Of a stretch of 32,000 bases of DNA, positions 18,276 to 28,408 are shown in pieces (position 1 is the stretch's first letter; each line of letters opens with the position of its first letter). Under the pieces are notes generated by a model that saw nothing but the letters and a program-made list of their open reading frames with translations, was not told where the DNA came from and searched no databases. Made by a program: the position numbers and the translations under genes. Origin of the DNA: Fastidiosibacter lacustris (lineage in GTDB: Bacteria; Pseudomonadota; Gammaproteobacteria; Francisellales; Francisellaceae); assembly GCF_003428155.1 (NCBI RefSeq), contig NZ_QLIR01000001.1, positions 60,001 through 92,000 on the forward strand, read 5' to 3'.

Positions 18276-19418
18276 TTGGCTGAAGCTTATCAAATGTGTA
18301 TCCAATGTGTCATGGATACAAGTGACCCCCATATCATTTTTGATGAAAATGGTGTTTGTAATCATTGTCATGAGTTTGAAGAAATCACTTCAAAGCGTTG
18401 GTTTCCTAATGAAGTAGGTCAAAAGCTTTTGGAATCTATCATAGAGCAAATAAAAAAAGATGGTCAAGGTAAAGAGTATGATTGTATTATTGGGTTAAGT
18501 GGTGGAGTCGATAGTTCATATTTGGCTTTAAAGATTAAAGATTACGGTTTGAGACCTTTAGTTATTCATGTTGATGCTGGGTGGAATAGTGAATTAGCAG
18601 TGTGGAATATCGAGCAAATTGTGAAATATTGTGGCTATGAGTTACATACTAGAGTAATAGATTGGCAGGAAATAAAAGATTTACAGGTTGCTTATTTAAA
18701 GTCAGGAGTTGCAAATCAAGATGTTGTGCAAGATCACGCATTCTTTGCCTCTCTTTATCATTACACAACAAAGAATAAAATTAAGTATGTGATTAGTGGT
18801 GGTAATATTGCAACTGAGTCAGTTTTTCCCGAAAGTTGGCACCATTCAGCCATGGATGCAATAAATTTAAGAGCCATACACAAAAAATTTGGTCAATGCA
18901 AATTAAAAGATTATGAAACGATTTCATTTTTTCAGTATTACTTTTATTACCCATTTGTTAAAAAGATGAAAACGATTAGACCGCTGAATTATATGAACTA
19001 TGATAAAGTGCATGCATTGCAAGAGCTTAAAGCGGTTGTTGGCTACAAAGAGTATGGTAGAAAACATGGAGAATCTAGATTTACCAAATTTTTTCAAAAC
19101 CATTACTTACCAACTAAGTTTAATATAGATAAACGTAGAGCACATTTATCAAGCGAAATTCTTTCTGGGTTGATTACGCGTGACCAAGCACTTATTGAGT
19201 TAGAAAAACCGCTATATGATGCAATCGAATTAAAGGAGGATTTTGCTTATATTGCGAAAAAACTTGGCATATCTATTGAAAACCTGATGGAAGTAACGCA
19301 ATCAACTGGTCATAGCTATCAGGAATATAAAAATTGGGATCATTTGCAAAAGTTGGCTAAGCATATTCAACGAGTGGTTGAAAAAATCACCAATAAAAAT
19401 GTTAAGATTTACAGTTAA
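18276..19418 (+). CDS. wbpG: WbpG-like N-acetyl sugar amidotransferase (PP-loop ATPase)
   Basis: TTG start; 'CIQCVMDTSDPHIIFDENGVCNHCHEF' Cys pairs, 'YDCIIGLSGGVDSSYLALKIKDYGLRPLVIHVDAGWNSELAVWNIEQIV', adjacent to hisH/hisF. Confidence 0.92.
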   Translation: MAEAYQMCIQCVMDTSDPHIIFDENGVCNHCHEFEEITSKRWFPNEVGQKLLESIIEQIKKDGQGKEYDCIIGLSGGVDSSYLALKIKDYGLRPLVIHVDAGWNSELAVWNIEQIVKYCGYELHTRVIDWQEIKDLQVAYLKSGVANQDVVQDHAFFASLYHYTTKNKIKYVISGGNIATESVFPESWHHSAMDAINLRAIHKKFGQCKLKDYETISFFQYYFYYPFVKKMKTIRPLNYMNYDKVHALQELKAVVGYKEYGRKHGESRFTKFFQNHYLPTKFNIDKRRAHLSSEILSGLITRDQALIELEKPLYDAIELKEDFAYIAKKLGISIENLMEVTQSTGHSYQEYKNWDHLQKLAKHIQRVVEKITNKNVKIYS

Positions 19419-19441
19419 TTTTTTGTTATGGAGTATACCTT

Positions 19442-20542
19442 GTGATTAAAGTTGCACATTTAACGTCTGTCCACTCTCGATATGATGTCAGAGTTTTTTT
19501 AAAAGAGTGTGTATCTCTTGCAAAAAAATATAACGTTTCTTTGGTAGTTGCAGACAGCAAAGGTGATGAAGTAAAAAATGCTGTCAACATTTATGATGTG
19601 GGTAAACTTCACGGGCGTGTTAATCGTATTTTTAAAACAACGAAAAAAGTATTGAAAAAAGCCTTGGAGTTGGATGCTGATATCTATCACTTGCATGACC
19701 CTGAGTTATTGCTTATTGCAAAAAAACTGAAAAAAGCGGGTAAAAAGGTGATTTTTGATGCGCATGAAGATCTTCCTGCACAGCTATTGTCAAAGCCATA
19801 TCTAACGGTTTGGAAAGCGCGGTTGCTTTCATATATGGCAGCTAAGTATGAGAAAATGGTATGTTCAAAGACTGATGGAGTAGTAGCTGCAACTCCATTT
19901 ATTAGAGATAAGTTCCTAAAAATAAATAAAAAAACAGTAGATATTAATAATTATCCTATTTTGGATGAAGTTGGACAGTTGATTAATTGGAATTTAAAAG
20001 ATGGTAGTTTTTGTTATGTTGGAGGGGTATCTAAAGTAAGAGGGATAGTAGAAATTATTCAAGCGGTAAATTTATCACGGTTATCTAAAGCTTATATTGT
20101 AGGTGGTTTTGAAAGCCCAAAATTTGAACAGGAAGTTAGGAAGGGATTGTCGAAGAAAATCGAACTTATTGGGTGGCTTTGCAGAGAAGGAGTCAGGGAA
20201 GTTTATGAAAAAAGTATCGCAGGTTTTGTTACTTTGCATCCAATAATTAATTACGTAGATGCATTACCAGTCAAAATGTTTGAATATATGTCAGCTGGAA
20301 TTCCGGTTATTGCCTCTAATTTTGCTTTATGGAGAGAGATTATTGAGGGTAATAATTGTGGGATTTGTGTTGACCCGATGAAACCAGAAGAAATTGTCCA
20401 AGCAATCAATTTCTTAATTGCAAATTTAGATAAAGCAGAAGAAATGGGTAATAATGGCAGAATAGCTATCGAAGAAAAATATAATTGGGGAAATGAGTCA
20501 GAAAAATTGTTAAAGTTTTATAAGAGTATTGAGTTAGGATAA
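19442..20542 (+). CDS. Glycosyltransferase family 4 (WbpH-like)
   Basis: GTG start; 'VAHLTSVHSRYDVRVFLKECVSLAKKYNVSLVVADSKGDE', 'DIYHLHDPELLLIAKKLKKAGKKVIFDAHEDLP', 'LPVKMFEYMSAGIPVIASNFALWREIIEGNNCGICVDPMKPEEI'. Confidence 0.85.
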   Translation: MIKVAHLTSVHSRYDVRVFLKECVSLAKKYNVSLVVADSKGDEVKNAVNIYDVGKLHGRVNRIFKTTKKVLKKALELDADIYHLHDPELLLIAKKLKKAGKKVIFDAHEDLPAQLLSKPYLTVWKARLLSYMAAKYEKMVCSKTDGVVAATPFIRDKFLKINKKTVDINNYPILDEVGQLINWNLKDGSFCYVGGVSKVRGIVEIIQAVNLSRLSKAYIVGGFESPKFEQEVRKGLSKKIELIGWLCREGVREVYEKSIAGFVTLHPIINYVDALPVKMFEYMSAGIPVIASNFALWREIIEGNNCGICVDPMKPEEIVQAINFLIANLDKAEEMGNNGRIAIEEKYNWGNESEKLLKFYKSIELG

Positions 20543-20665
20543 AAATTGTAGTGGCTTAGTTATACGTCTACAGTTTGTGAACGTAGCATTAGTATCAAAA
20601 TTTTAGTAAAAATGAAAAACTGAAAGATAAAGAGTTGTTTCTGAAAAGTTAGTTTTGGAGTATCT

Positions 20666-22489
20666 ATGTGCGGAATTTTTGGTGTTATTTCAACATCAGT
20701 TGTAAATAAGAGTGATTTTGAGAAATTAGCTAAGCATGCTGAACAACGCGGTATGGACTCTAGTGGGATAATTTGTTATGAGTATGGTCATTATAAGATT
20801 AAGCGAGCTGACTATGCTGTTGAAAAGTTGATTCGTAAAGTGAAGCTCAATGGTGCATCCTTGGCTATGGGTCATAGCCGACTCATTACAAATGGTCTAT
20901 CTGACAACCAGCCAGTTGTGCGTGGAAATATTATGGCAATCCACAATGGGATTATTGTTAACGATGAAGAGGTTTGGCATGAGCTTTCAATTGCTAGAAG
21001 CCTCAAGATAGATTCAGAGGTTCTCGTAGCAATTGCTGAAGAACATCTTTTAAATGGAGGTGCAGTCGAAGCTATTCCGGGAAAAATATTGAGTCTTTGT
21101 AAAGGAGTTATTGCATGTGCACTTGTGTTGGTAGAACATGGTAAGCTTATTTTATTTTCCAATAATGGCAGTTTATACATTGGGGAAAAAGGCAAAGATA
21201 TTTATTTTTCTTCAGAAAGCTTTCCCTTGAGAGAGACTGGCTGTAATAATATCAAACAGGTAAAATCTGCTGTTTGTATTGATATCCCAAAATCTCATGA
21301 GTCTCCCAAAATTCTCGATGAGAATATTCGCCAACATAATGTAATTCCCACACTTATTACAAATGTTGAAGAGGAAGCACTTTTACAGTATGAGACTCCT
21401 GAATTAAAAAGATGTAGTAAGTGTATTTTGCCTGAAACGATGCCATTTATTCATTTTGACTCAGAGGGTGTATGTAATTATTGTCATGATTATAAAATAC
21501 GGAATAAACCACGTCCAAAAGAAGAACTGTTTAAGATTGTAGAGCCTTATCGCCGTGCGCATGGAAATGATTGTATTGTTCCTTTTTCAGGAGGAAGAGA
21601 TAGTTGTTATGGTCTTCACTTAATTGTAAATGAGCTTAAAATGAAACCAGTTACTTACACCTATGACTGGGGGATGGTGACTGATCTAGGAAGGCGAAAC
21701 ATCAGTAGAATGTGTGCAGAACTTGGTGTTGAAAATATTATTGTTGCTGCTGATATTGATAAGAAACGTAAGAATATTGCTATGAATTTAAAGGCATGGT
21801 TAAAGTCTCCTCATCTTGGGATGATTAGTATATTAACAGCGGGAGATAAACATTTTTTTAAATATGTTGAGTCAGTTAAACAGCAGACTGGGATCAATTT
21901 AAATTTATGGGGGGTGAATCCTTTAGAGGTTACACACTTTAAATCGGGTTTTCTTGGCGTTAAGCCTGATTTTGAGGAAAAGCGAGTTTATTCGCATGGT
22001 ATGATAAAACAGTTGCGTTATCAGTCTTTACGTTTACGAGCCATGCTCAAAAGTCCAGGGTATTTTAATAGCTCACTATGGGATACACTTTTGGGGGAGT
22101 ATTACAGAAGTTTCACCGAGAAAAAAGATTATTTTCATATATTTGATTATTGGCGTTGGGATGAAAAAATCATTGATGAAACCTTAATGTCCTGTTACGA
22201 CTGGGAAAAAGCAGTAGATACAAATACAACCTGGCGTATTGGCGATGGAACAGCGGCTTTTTATAATTATGTTTACTATACGGTTGCGGGATTTACAGAG
22301 CATGACACTTTTAGAAGTAATCAAATCCGCGAAGGTGAAATTTCACGAGAGCGTGCATTGCAGTTAGTTAAAGATGAGAATAGACCTCGTTATTCAAATA
22401 TTCGTTGGTATCTTGATGTTTTAGGTATGGACTTTAAAGAAGTTATAAAAGTGGTGAATTCAATACAAAAATTATATAAGGTAAAATAA
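20666..22489 (+). CDS. Two-domain sugar amidotransferase: N-terminal class II glutamine amidotransferase + C-terminal N-acetyl sugar amidotransferase/PP-loop domain (WbpS/asparagine-synthase-like)
   Basis: N-term 'MCGIFGVISTSVVNKSDFEKLAKHAEQRGMDSSGI' (Cys2 Ntn nucleophile) with 'GHSRLITNG...AIHNGIIVND'; C-term 'KRCSKCILPETMPFIHFDSEGVCNYCHDYKIRNKP' and 'NDCIVPFSGGRDSCYGLHLIVNELKMKPVTYTYDWGMVTDLGRRNI'. Confidence 0.88.
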   Translation: MCGIFGVISTSVVNKSDFEKLAKHAEQRGMDSSGIICYEYGHYKIKRADYAVEKLIRKVKLNGASLAMGHSRLITNGLSDNQPVVRGNIMAIHNGIIVNDEEVWHELSIARSLKIDSEVLVAIAEEHLLNGGAVEAIPGKILSLCKGVIACALVLVEHGKLILFSNNGSLYIGEKGKDIYFSSESFPLRETGCNNIKQVKSAVCIDIPKSHESPKILDENIRQHNVIPTLITNVEEEALLQYETPELKRCSKCILPETMPFIHFDSEGVCNYCHDYKIRNKPRPKEELFKIVEPYRRAHGNDCIVPFSGGRDSCYGLHLIVNELKMKPVTYTYDWGMVTDLGRRNISRMCAELGVENIIVAADIDKKRKNIAMNLKAWLKSPHLGMISILTAGDKHFFKYVESVKQQTGINLNLWGVNPLEVTHFKSGFLGVKPDFEEKRVYSHGMIKQLRYQSLRLRAMLKSPGYFNSSLWDTLLGEYYRSFTEKKDYFHIFDYWRWDEKIIDETLMSCYDWEKAVDTNTTWRIGDGTAAFYNYVYYTVAGFTEHDTFRSNQIREGEISRERALQLVKDENRPRYSNIRWYLDVLGMDFKEVIKVVNSIQKLYKVK

Positions 22490-22490
22490 A

Positions 22491-23726
22491 GTGAACGTTT
22501 GGTACATCTCTAAATACGCAACTATTCCTAAGTATGGCAGGTTAGCGCGAACTTTTCTGTTGTCAAAAGAGTTTGCTGAAAAAGGAAATAAAGTGTTTTT
22601 AATTACCTCAGATGCTAATCATTTAGCGCAATATCCAGAAACTGAAAAAGTTTATAATTTTGAGCATATACAAGGTATTGATGTTTGTTGGATAAAAACC
22701 AAAAAATATAAAAAAACAGCCTCACTTTCCCGCATACTGAGCTGGCTGGACTTTGAAATAAAATTGTTTAGATTAAAAAAAAATAACCTAGATAGCCCTA
22801 ATATTGTACTTGTCTCATCTTTATCTATATTCACGGTGATCTATGGTTTTTATTTGAAAAAAAAGTATAAAGTTCCATTAGTTTTTGAAGTGCGGGATAT
22901 ATGGCCATTAACGATGACAGAAGAGGGCGGTTTCTCTAAGTGGCACCCGCTTGTTAAGATAATTGGCTGGATTGAGAAATTTGGCTATAAGCATGCTGAT
23001 CTTATTGTGGGGACAATGCCTAAACTGGATAAGCATGTTGAAGAAGTTTTAGGGTATAAACGCCCTTATTTTTGTTCCCCGTTAGGATTTGATAAAAAAA
23101 GTTATGATTATGATAGATTGAATGATTATGAAAATATGTATTTTGCACAGCTCCCCAAAAAGAAAACAATTATTGGCTATGCGGGGAGCATGGGAGTAAC
23201 AAATAATTTAGAGCCTTTGATTAAAACAATAAAGCTTTTGAAAAATAATGGGGATATGTTTTTTGCGCTTGTAGGTTATGGGGATTTGAAAGAGCAGTTT
23301 GAAAAAGAGCTTAAAGGTTGTGATAATGTTATCTTTGTTGGTAGACTGCCTCAGGAACAAGTTAAATTTTTTCTAGCTAAATGTGATTTGGTATATCTGT
23401 CAACGATACCATCTAAAATTTGGTCATATGGTCAGTCGATGAACAAGGTGGTTGAGTATATGCTTGCAGCTAAGCCAATCTTGGCCTCATACTCGGGTTA
23501 CCAATCGATGATAAATGAAGCAAACTGCGGATATTTTATTAAAACAGATGATCCTGAAAGGTTGAAGCAAGAAATTTTAAAATTTTGCGAGCTAACTGAG
23601 GGAGAAAAGTCCAAAATGGGTGAGAGGGGGAGAAAGTGGATTCTGGAGCATCGGTCTTATGATAAGCTTGCAAGTGAGTATCTAGAGCAACTTGAAAGGT
23701 TAGTTCAAAAAAAGAAATTAGGATAG
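22491..23726 (+). CDS. Glycosyltransferase family 4 (WbuB-like)
   Basis: GTG start; '[58 protein letters not shown]', '[22 protein letters not shown]', '[22 protein letters not shown]'. Confidence 0.87.
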   Translation: MNVWYISKYATIPKYGRLARTFLLSKEFAEKGNKVFLITSDANHLAQYPETEKVYNFEHIQGIDVCWIKTKKYKKTASLSRILSWLDFEIKLFRLKKNNLDSPNIVLVSSLSIFTVIYGFYLKKKYKVPLVFEVRDIWPLTMTEEGGFSKWHPLVKIIGWIEKFGYKHADLIVGTMPKLDKHVEEVLGYKRPYFCSPLGFDKKSYDYDRLNDYENMYFAQLPKKKTIIGYAGSMGVTNNLEPLIKTIKLLKNNGDMFFALVGYGDLKEQFEKELKGCDNVIFVGRLPQEQVKFFLAKCDLVYLSTIPSKIWSYGQSMNKVVEYMLAAKPILASYSGYQSMINEANCGYFIKTDDPERLKQEILKFCELTEGEKSKMGERGRKWILEHRSYDKLASEYLEQLERLVQKKKLG

Positions 23727-23812
23727 ATGACTATGCAGGGTTCAATTATATCCTACTGCTACGGATTTTTTGCTTTGGTCAGTGCATTGTTCCGTTATCA
23801 ATATGTACAAGA

Positions 23813-24436
23813 ATGAGGTCAATTAGAGAAGTGAAGGTCTTGTCAGATAAAATATTTGCAGTTGTCATTCTAGCTATTTTTTTTCCAATTATCTTGATAG
23901 TGGGTGTCTTAATTAAAGTCAAGTTAGGATCACCGATTTTTTTCAAACAAAAGCGCCCAGGAAAAGATGGCAAAATATTCACAATTTATAAATTTCGCAC
24001 AATGAATAATAACACTGATAAATATGGTGAATTACTTGCAGATGAACAAAGGCTAACTAAGTTTGGTAAGTTTTTAAGAAGTACAAGTTTAGATGAATTG
24101 CCACAGTTATTTAATGTACTCAAGGGGGATATGAGTTTTGTGGGACCTCGAGCTTTATTAGTTGAATATTTGCCTTTATATAGTAATAGACAAGCTAAAA
24201 GGCATATAGTAAAGCCTGGGATTACCGGTTGGGCGCAAGTAAATGGGCGTAATGCAATTAGTTGGGAGGATAAATTTGAGTTGGATGTCTGGTATGTCGA
24301 GAACAGAACTTTTTGGCTTGATATGAAAATATTGTGGATGACTTTTATCAAGGTCATAAGGCGTACTGACGTAAATAATGAATCTCATGTAACAATGTAT
24401 AAATTTTCAGGTTCAAAAAATCATGGGCAAGACTAA
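23813..24436 (+). CDS. Initiating bacterial sugar transferase (undecaprenyl-phosphate sugar-1-phosphate transferase, PglC/WcaJ C-terminal domain type)
   Basis: '[26 protein letters not shown]', '[44 protein letters not shown]', '[35 protein letters not shown]'. Exact start uncertain. Confidence 0.9.
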   Translation: MRSIREVKVLSDKIFAVVILAIFFPIILIVGVLIKVKLGSPIFFKQKRPGKDGKIFTIYKFRTMNNNTDKYGELLADEQRLTKFGKFLRSTSLDELPQLFNVLKGDMSFVGPRALLVEYLPLYSNRQAKRHIVKPGITGWAQVNGRNAISWEDKFELDVWYVENRTFWLDMKILWMTFIKVIRRTDVNNESHVTMYKFSGSKNHGQD

Positions 24437-25055
24437 GAAAAAATTGTTAATAGTGGGTGCTGGCGGGCATGCCAAGGTTGTTGCAGATGCTGTCATAGCC
24501 CAAGGTGTATACTCCATTGAAGCCGTGATTCAAGATGTGAACATTCCAGCTGAGGGAAAAACGTTATTAGGATACAAGGTTTCCCATTCCTCGGAGCTAA
24601 AGGTCTTCCAGGCAGAATATTTCATTGTTGCAATTGGGGAGAATTTTATTAGAGCGGAGCAGTTTGTCAAATATAAGAAGCAAGACTATCTCCCCGCGAA
24701 TATTATTCATCCAAGTGCAATCATCTCTCCATCGGCTAAGATGGGCGAGGGGAATGTAATTATGGCTGGAGCCATCATCAACCCAGAGGCTAAAATTGGC
24801 TCGAACGTCATTATCAATACAAGAGTCGTTATAGAGCATGAAGTGGTCATTTCTGATCATTCACAACTATCGCCAGGATCAATTGTATGTGGAGGATGTA
24901 GTATAGGTAAAAAGGTTTATCTAGGTGCCAATTCAGTTATTCGTCAATGTCTTAGAATAGCAGATAATTCAATTATAGGTTGTGGAGCAAGTGTCATTAA
25001 CAATATTACAGAGTCTGGAGTATATGTTGGTGTTCCAGCTAAAATAAAGGTGTAG
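24423..25055 (+). CDS. PglD/NeuD-family sugar O/N-acetyltransferase (probable UDP-4-amino sugar N-acetyltransferase)
   Basis: '[34 protein letters not shown]' followed by hexapeptide repeats and '[49 protein letters not shown]'. Confidence 0.88.
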   Translation: MGKTKKKLLIVGAGGHAKVVADAVIAQGVYSIEAVIQDVNIPAEGKTLLGYKVSHSSELKVFQAEYFIVAIGENFIRAEQFVKYKKQDYLPANIIHPSAIISPSAKMGEGNVIMAGAIINPEAKIGSNVIINTRVVIEHEVVISDHSQLSPGSIVCGGCSIGKKVYLGANSVIRQCLRIADNSIIGCGASVINNITESGVYVGVPAKIKV

Positions 25056-25133
25056 AGGATTTAAAACCCTTGTTGTATACTCACTTCTCTTATAGAGAAA
25101 GCACGTCATTTGAAGTTTATAGAGGATAATTAA

Positions 25134-26303
25134 ATGGCAATAAACAACACATGGCCATATTTTGCAGAAGATGAAATTTTAGCAGTTGAACAGGTTTTAA
25201 AACGTGGTAGGGTAAATTACTGGACTGGAGATGAATGTAAACTATTTGAGAAAGAGTTTGCTGCATTTATTGGTACTGATTATGCCATTTCGTTGTCGAA
25301 TGGAACCGTAAGTTTAGAATTAGCACTACGAGCTTGTAATATTAGTGAAGGTGATGAGGTAATTACAACACCGAGAACATTTATTGCTTCAGCAAGCGCT
25401 ATTGTTGCCGTTGGTGCAACTCCTGTTTTAGCGGATGTTGACCCTTACACTGGGAACATCACAGCAGAGAATATTTTAACCAAAATAACCAAGAAGACAC
25501 GAGCGATTATTCCTGTCCACCTTGCTGGCTACCCATGTGAAATGGATAAAATTATGCAGCTTGCGACCGAATATAAGCTTTATGTTGTTGAGGATTGTGC
25601 GCAAGCGCATGGTGCTGAGTATAAAGGCAAAAAGGTTGGAGCCTGGGGACACTTCGGTTCTTTCTCCTTCTGTCAGGATAAAATTATGACCACTGGAGGG
25701 GAGGGTGGTATGTTAGTGTGTTATGATCCTGAGTTATATAAAAAGGCTTGGAGTTATAAAGATCATGGCAAAGGTTATGACGCTGTTTTTCATACCAAGC
25801 ATGAGTATGGTTTTAGGTGGCTACATGATTCCTTTGGGACGAATATGCGGATGACAGAAATGCAGGCAACCATAGGGCGTAAGCAGTTAGAGAAATTACC
25901 AACCTGGCTTAAGCGGCGAAACAAAATTGCACGATGCTATAGTGAGGTGTTTAAAGATTTGCCAATTGTTGATGTTCCAACAGTTGAGGCAGGTGTATAT
26001 CACGCGTTTTATAAATATTATCTCCTATTAAATGAAACGCATGTAAGATCAGATTGGAGTAGAGATCGCATCATAATTGAAATCAATAAACTGGGTGTTG
26101 CCTGCTTTAGTGGCAGCTGTTCTGAAATTTATAAGGAAAAAGCTTTTCTTACAAGTGAGTATGCAGTCAGTGAACCCTTATATGAGACGAAACGAATAGG
26201 GAATCGAAGCCTTATGTTATTATGTCATCCAACATTATCTAATGATGATATTAATCATATTGCTAGCACAGTTGCTCAAGTGTTAAAGATGGCAAGTATC
26301 TAG
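25134..26303 (+). CDS. DegT/DnrJ/EryC1/StrS-family UDP-4-keto-6-deoxy-sugar aminotransferase (PglE-like role)
   Basis: 'FIGTDYAISLSNGTVSLELALRACNISEGDEVITTPRTFIASASAIVAVGATPVLADVD', 'VVEDCAQAHGAEYKGKKVGAWGHFGSFSFCQDKIMTTGGEGGMLV' (PLP Lys). Confidence 0.88.
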   Translation: MAINNTWPYFAEDEILAVEQVLKRGRVNYWTGDECKLFEKEFAAFIGTDYAISLSNGTVSLELALRACNISEGDEVITTPRTFIASASAIVAVGATPVLADVDPYTGNITAENILTKITKKTRAIIPVHLAGYPCEMDKIMQLATEYKLYVVEDCAQAHGAEYKGKKVGAWGHFGSFSFCQDKIMTTGGEGGMLVCYDPELYKKAWSYKDHGKGYDAVFHTKHEYGFRWLHDSFGTNMRMTEMQATIGRKQLEKLPTWLKRRNKIARCYSEVFKDLPIVDVPTVEAGVYHAFYKYYLLLNETHVRSDWSRDRIIIEINKLGVACFSGSCSEIYKEKAFLTSEYAVSEPLYETKRIGNRSLMLLCHPTLSNDDINHIASTVAQVLKMASI

Positions 26304-26360
26304 TTATTTAGGATGCACAACTTGGTGCTGACTTGATATGGTTTTAGAGAATAATAAGTT

Positions 26361-28187
26361 ATGAAAACAAGCCTAATAAAAAACAAAAGTGCGTGGATTG
26401 TATTTGCCTATGATGTAGGCTCTGCCTTATTTGCGTGGACTATTGTGCATGCGCTTATTTGGGGAAAAGTAAGTGGCTTTAGCGTAAGGCAATTTTTGTT
26501 CGTTGCCATTGCTTTTACTATATCAACAAAAATCTTTCGCACTTATGCCTCATTGTGGAAAACAGTATCTGCAGAGGATTTGAAAAGAAATATTTATTCA
26601 GTACTTTTTGGCTCAATCATTCTTTTGGGGCTGGAGTTTATTGCCAATAGAATGGCTTATGTGGCGCGTTCTGAGGCTGTTTTCTACCCTGCTTTGACAT
26701 TGCTCATTACACTTGCTGGACGATTTTTTTATAGGCAATACTTGCTGGGCTTAAGAAAAAGAAATGCAAAAAAAATGATTATCATTGGGGGTGGTGATGG
26801 TGCAAGCTTATTTTTACGTGAAAACGATGCACTCAACAGACCATATAATATTTTAGGGATATTTGATGATAACAAGGCATTGCATGGCAAGTTGCTTCGA
26901 AATAATATGATTGTCGGTCCAATTGATTTTCTAGCTAAGGAAAATTTTTTGTATAAGTATCCAGCCGATGAAGTTTTAATTGCTATTCCTTCACTGGATA
27001 AAATTAAACTGCAAGAGATATACCAGAAAGTAGCAAAGCTTGGTTTGCCCATCAAAATACTACCTTCCTTAATGGAGTTAACGCATGGTGCAAAATTTAC
27101 GGATCTTAAAGAAATTAAGATTGAGGATCTTTTGGGGCGTGATCAAGTTATTATTAATTATGAAAAATTAGCAAAAGCCTATTTAGAAAAAACAGTATTA
27201 GTAACGGGAGGTGCAGGATCTATTGGTTCAGAAATCTGTCGGCAGCTGTTAACAAACTCTCCTCCAAAAGTATTGATTATTTTAGATCATAGCGAATACA
27301 ATCTCTATTTGATTGAGAGGGAGCTAAGCTTAATTTCCCGCCAGACAAAGCTTAAATTTAGTTTAACTAGTGTTATGGATCAGTGCGGTCTATCTCACCT
27401 ATTTCAATCAAATAAAATTGATATTATTTTTCATGCAGCAGCCTATAAGCATGTACCATTATTGGAAGATCAACCGAAAATAGCGATTCAAAACAATATC
27501 ATCGGAACAAAAAATATGGTTGATTTGAGTCTTAAGCACAAAGTGGAACGGTTTCTTCTAGTTTCAACGGATAAGGCAGTTAATCCTACTAATGTCATGG
27601 GAGCGACAAAACGAATTGCTGAGTTATATGTCAATGCACAAAAAAATGAGCATACTAAGTTTATGGTGACACGTTTTGGCAATGTTTTAGGCTCTGCTGG
27701 AAGCGTTGTCCCTCTCTTTAAAGAGCAGCTGAAAAAAGGGGGACCGATTACCGTGACGCACAAGGATATTGAACGTTATTTTATGACCATTCCTGAAGCT
27801 TCTTTATTGGTTGTTTTGTCTTGTGCTATTGGAACAGGGGGTGAAACCTTCGTGTTGGAAATGGGGCAGCCTGTGAAAATAGTTGAACTTGCTGAGCAAA
27901 TGATCAAGCTATCGGGCAAAAAACCATATGTGGACATTGATATCCAATTTACAGGTTTGCGACCTGGTGAAAAAATGTATGAAGAACTATTCTACACAAA
28001 AGAGGAATTGAAAAGCTCAGGTTTTGATAAATTATTAATTGGTCGATCTATTCATTTAGAGCGTGAAAAAATAAATGGGATCCTGAAAACGCTTTGTACA
28101 GATGAAAGTAAGGAAGGGTTACTGAAAGTTATTGAGTCTTTGAATAGTTGTGATTTGCTTACAACGCAGACGCTATATGAATCATAA
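26361..28187 (+). CDS. wbpM: WbpM-family UDP-GlcNAc 4,6-dehydratase (NDP-sugar epimerase/dehydratase with N-terminal TM region)
   Basis: N-term TM segment, CoA/NAD-binding-like 'KKMIIIGGGDGASLFLRENDA', 'VLVTGGAGSIGSEICRQLL', 'IIFHAAAYKHVPLLEDQPKIAIQNNIIGTKNMVDLS', 'FLLVSTDKAVNPTNVMGATKRIAELY', 'ITVTHKDIERYFMTIPEASLLVV'. Confidence 0.93.
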   Translation: MKTSLIKNKSAWIVFAYDVGSALFAWTIVHALIWGKVSGFSVRQFLFVAIAFTISTKIFRTYASLWKTVSAEDLKRNIYSVLFGSIILLGLEFIANRMAYVARSEAVFYPALTLLITLAGRFFYRQYLLGLRKRNAKKMIIIGGGDGASLFLRENDALNRPYNILGIFDDNKALHGKLLRNNMIVGPIDFLAKENFLYKYPADEVLIAIPSLDKIKLQEIYQKVAKLGLPIKILPSLMELTHGAKFTDLKEIKIEDLLGRDQVIINYEKLAKAYLEKTVLVTGGAGSIGSEICRQLLTNSPPKVLIILDHSEYNLYLIERELSLISRQTKLKFSLTSVMDQCGLSHLFQSNKIDIIFHAAAYKHVPLLEDQPKIAIQNNIIGTKNMVDLSLKHKVERFLLVSTDKAVNPTNVMGATKRIAELYVNAQKNEHTKFMVTRFGNVLGSAGSVVPLFKEQLKKGGPITVTHKDIERYFMTIPEASLLVVLSCAIGTGGETFVLEMGQPVKIVELAEQMIKLSGKKPYVDIDIQFTGLRPGEKMYEELFYTKEELKSSGFDKLLIGRSIHLEREKINGILKTLCTDESKEGLLKVIESLNSCDLLTTQTLYES

Positions 28188-28278
28188 AAATAAACAACAA
28201 ACCTATAATGAGTTGGTTAATTGGGAAACTGCAGCTAATATGCTGAGAGATAAATGTTCTGTAAAAGACATTTTATAA
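28177..28278 (+). CDS. Possible small ORF (33 aa) overlapping the 3' end of the wbpM-like gene
   Basis: ATG 28177 to TAA 28276-28278: MNHKNKQQTYNELVNWETAANMLRDKCSVKDIL; no recognised family, may be fortuitous. Confidence 0.2.
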   Translation: MNHKNKQQTYNELVNWETAANMLRDKCSVKDIL

Positions 28279-28408
28279 CTTTATATTTTTAATGACAGAC
28301 TTATCAAAAGCCAAAAGCGCGCAAAATGCAAAGCGAGGAAGGTATAAAATGATTCGTAGGTGGGATATACTAGCGTATTACCTGAGTTTTCCTATGGATT
28401 GATCAAAA

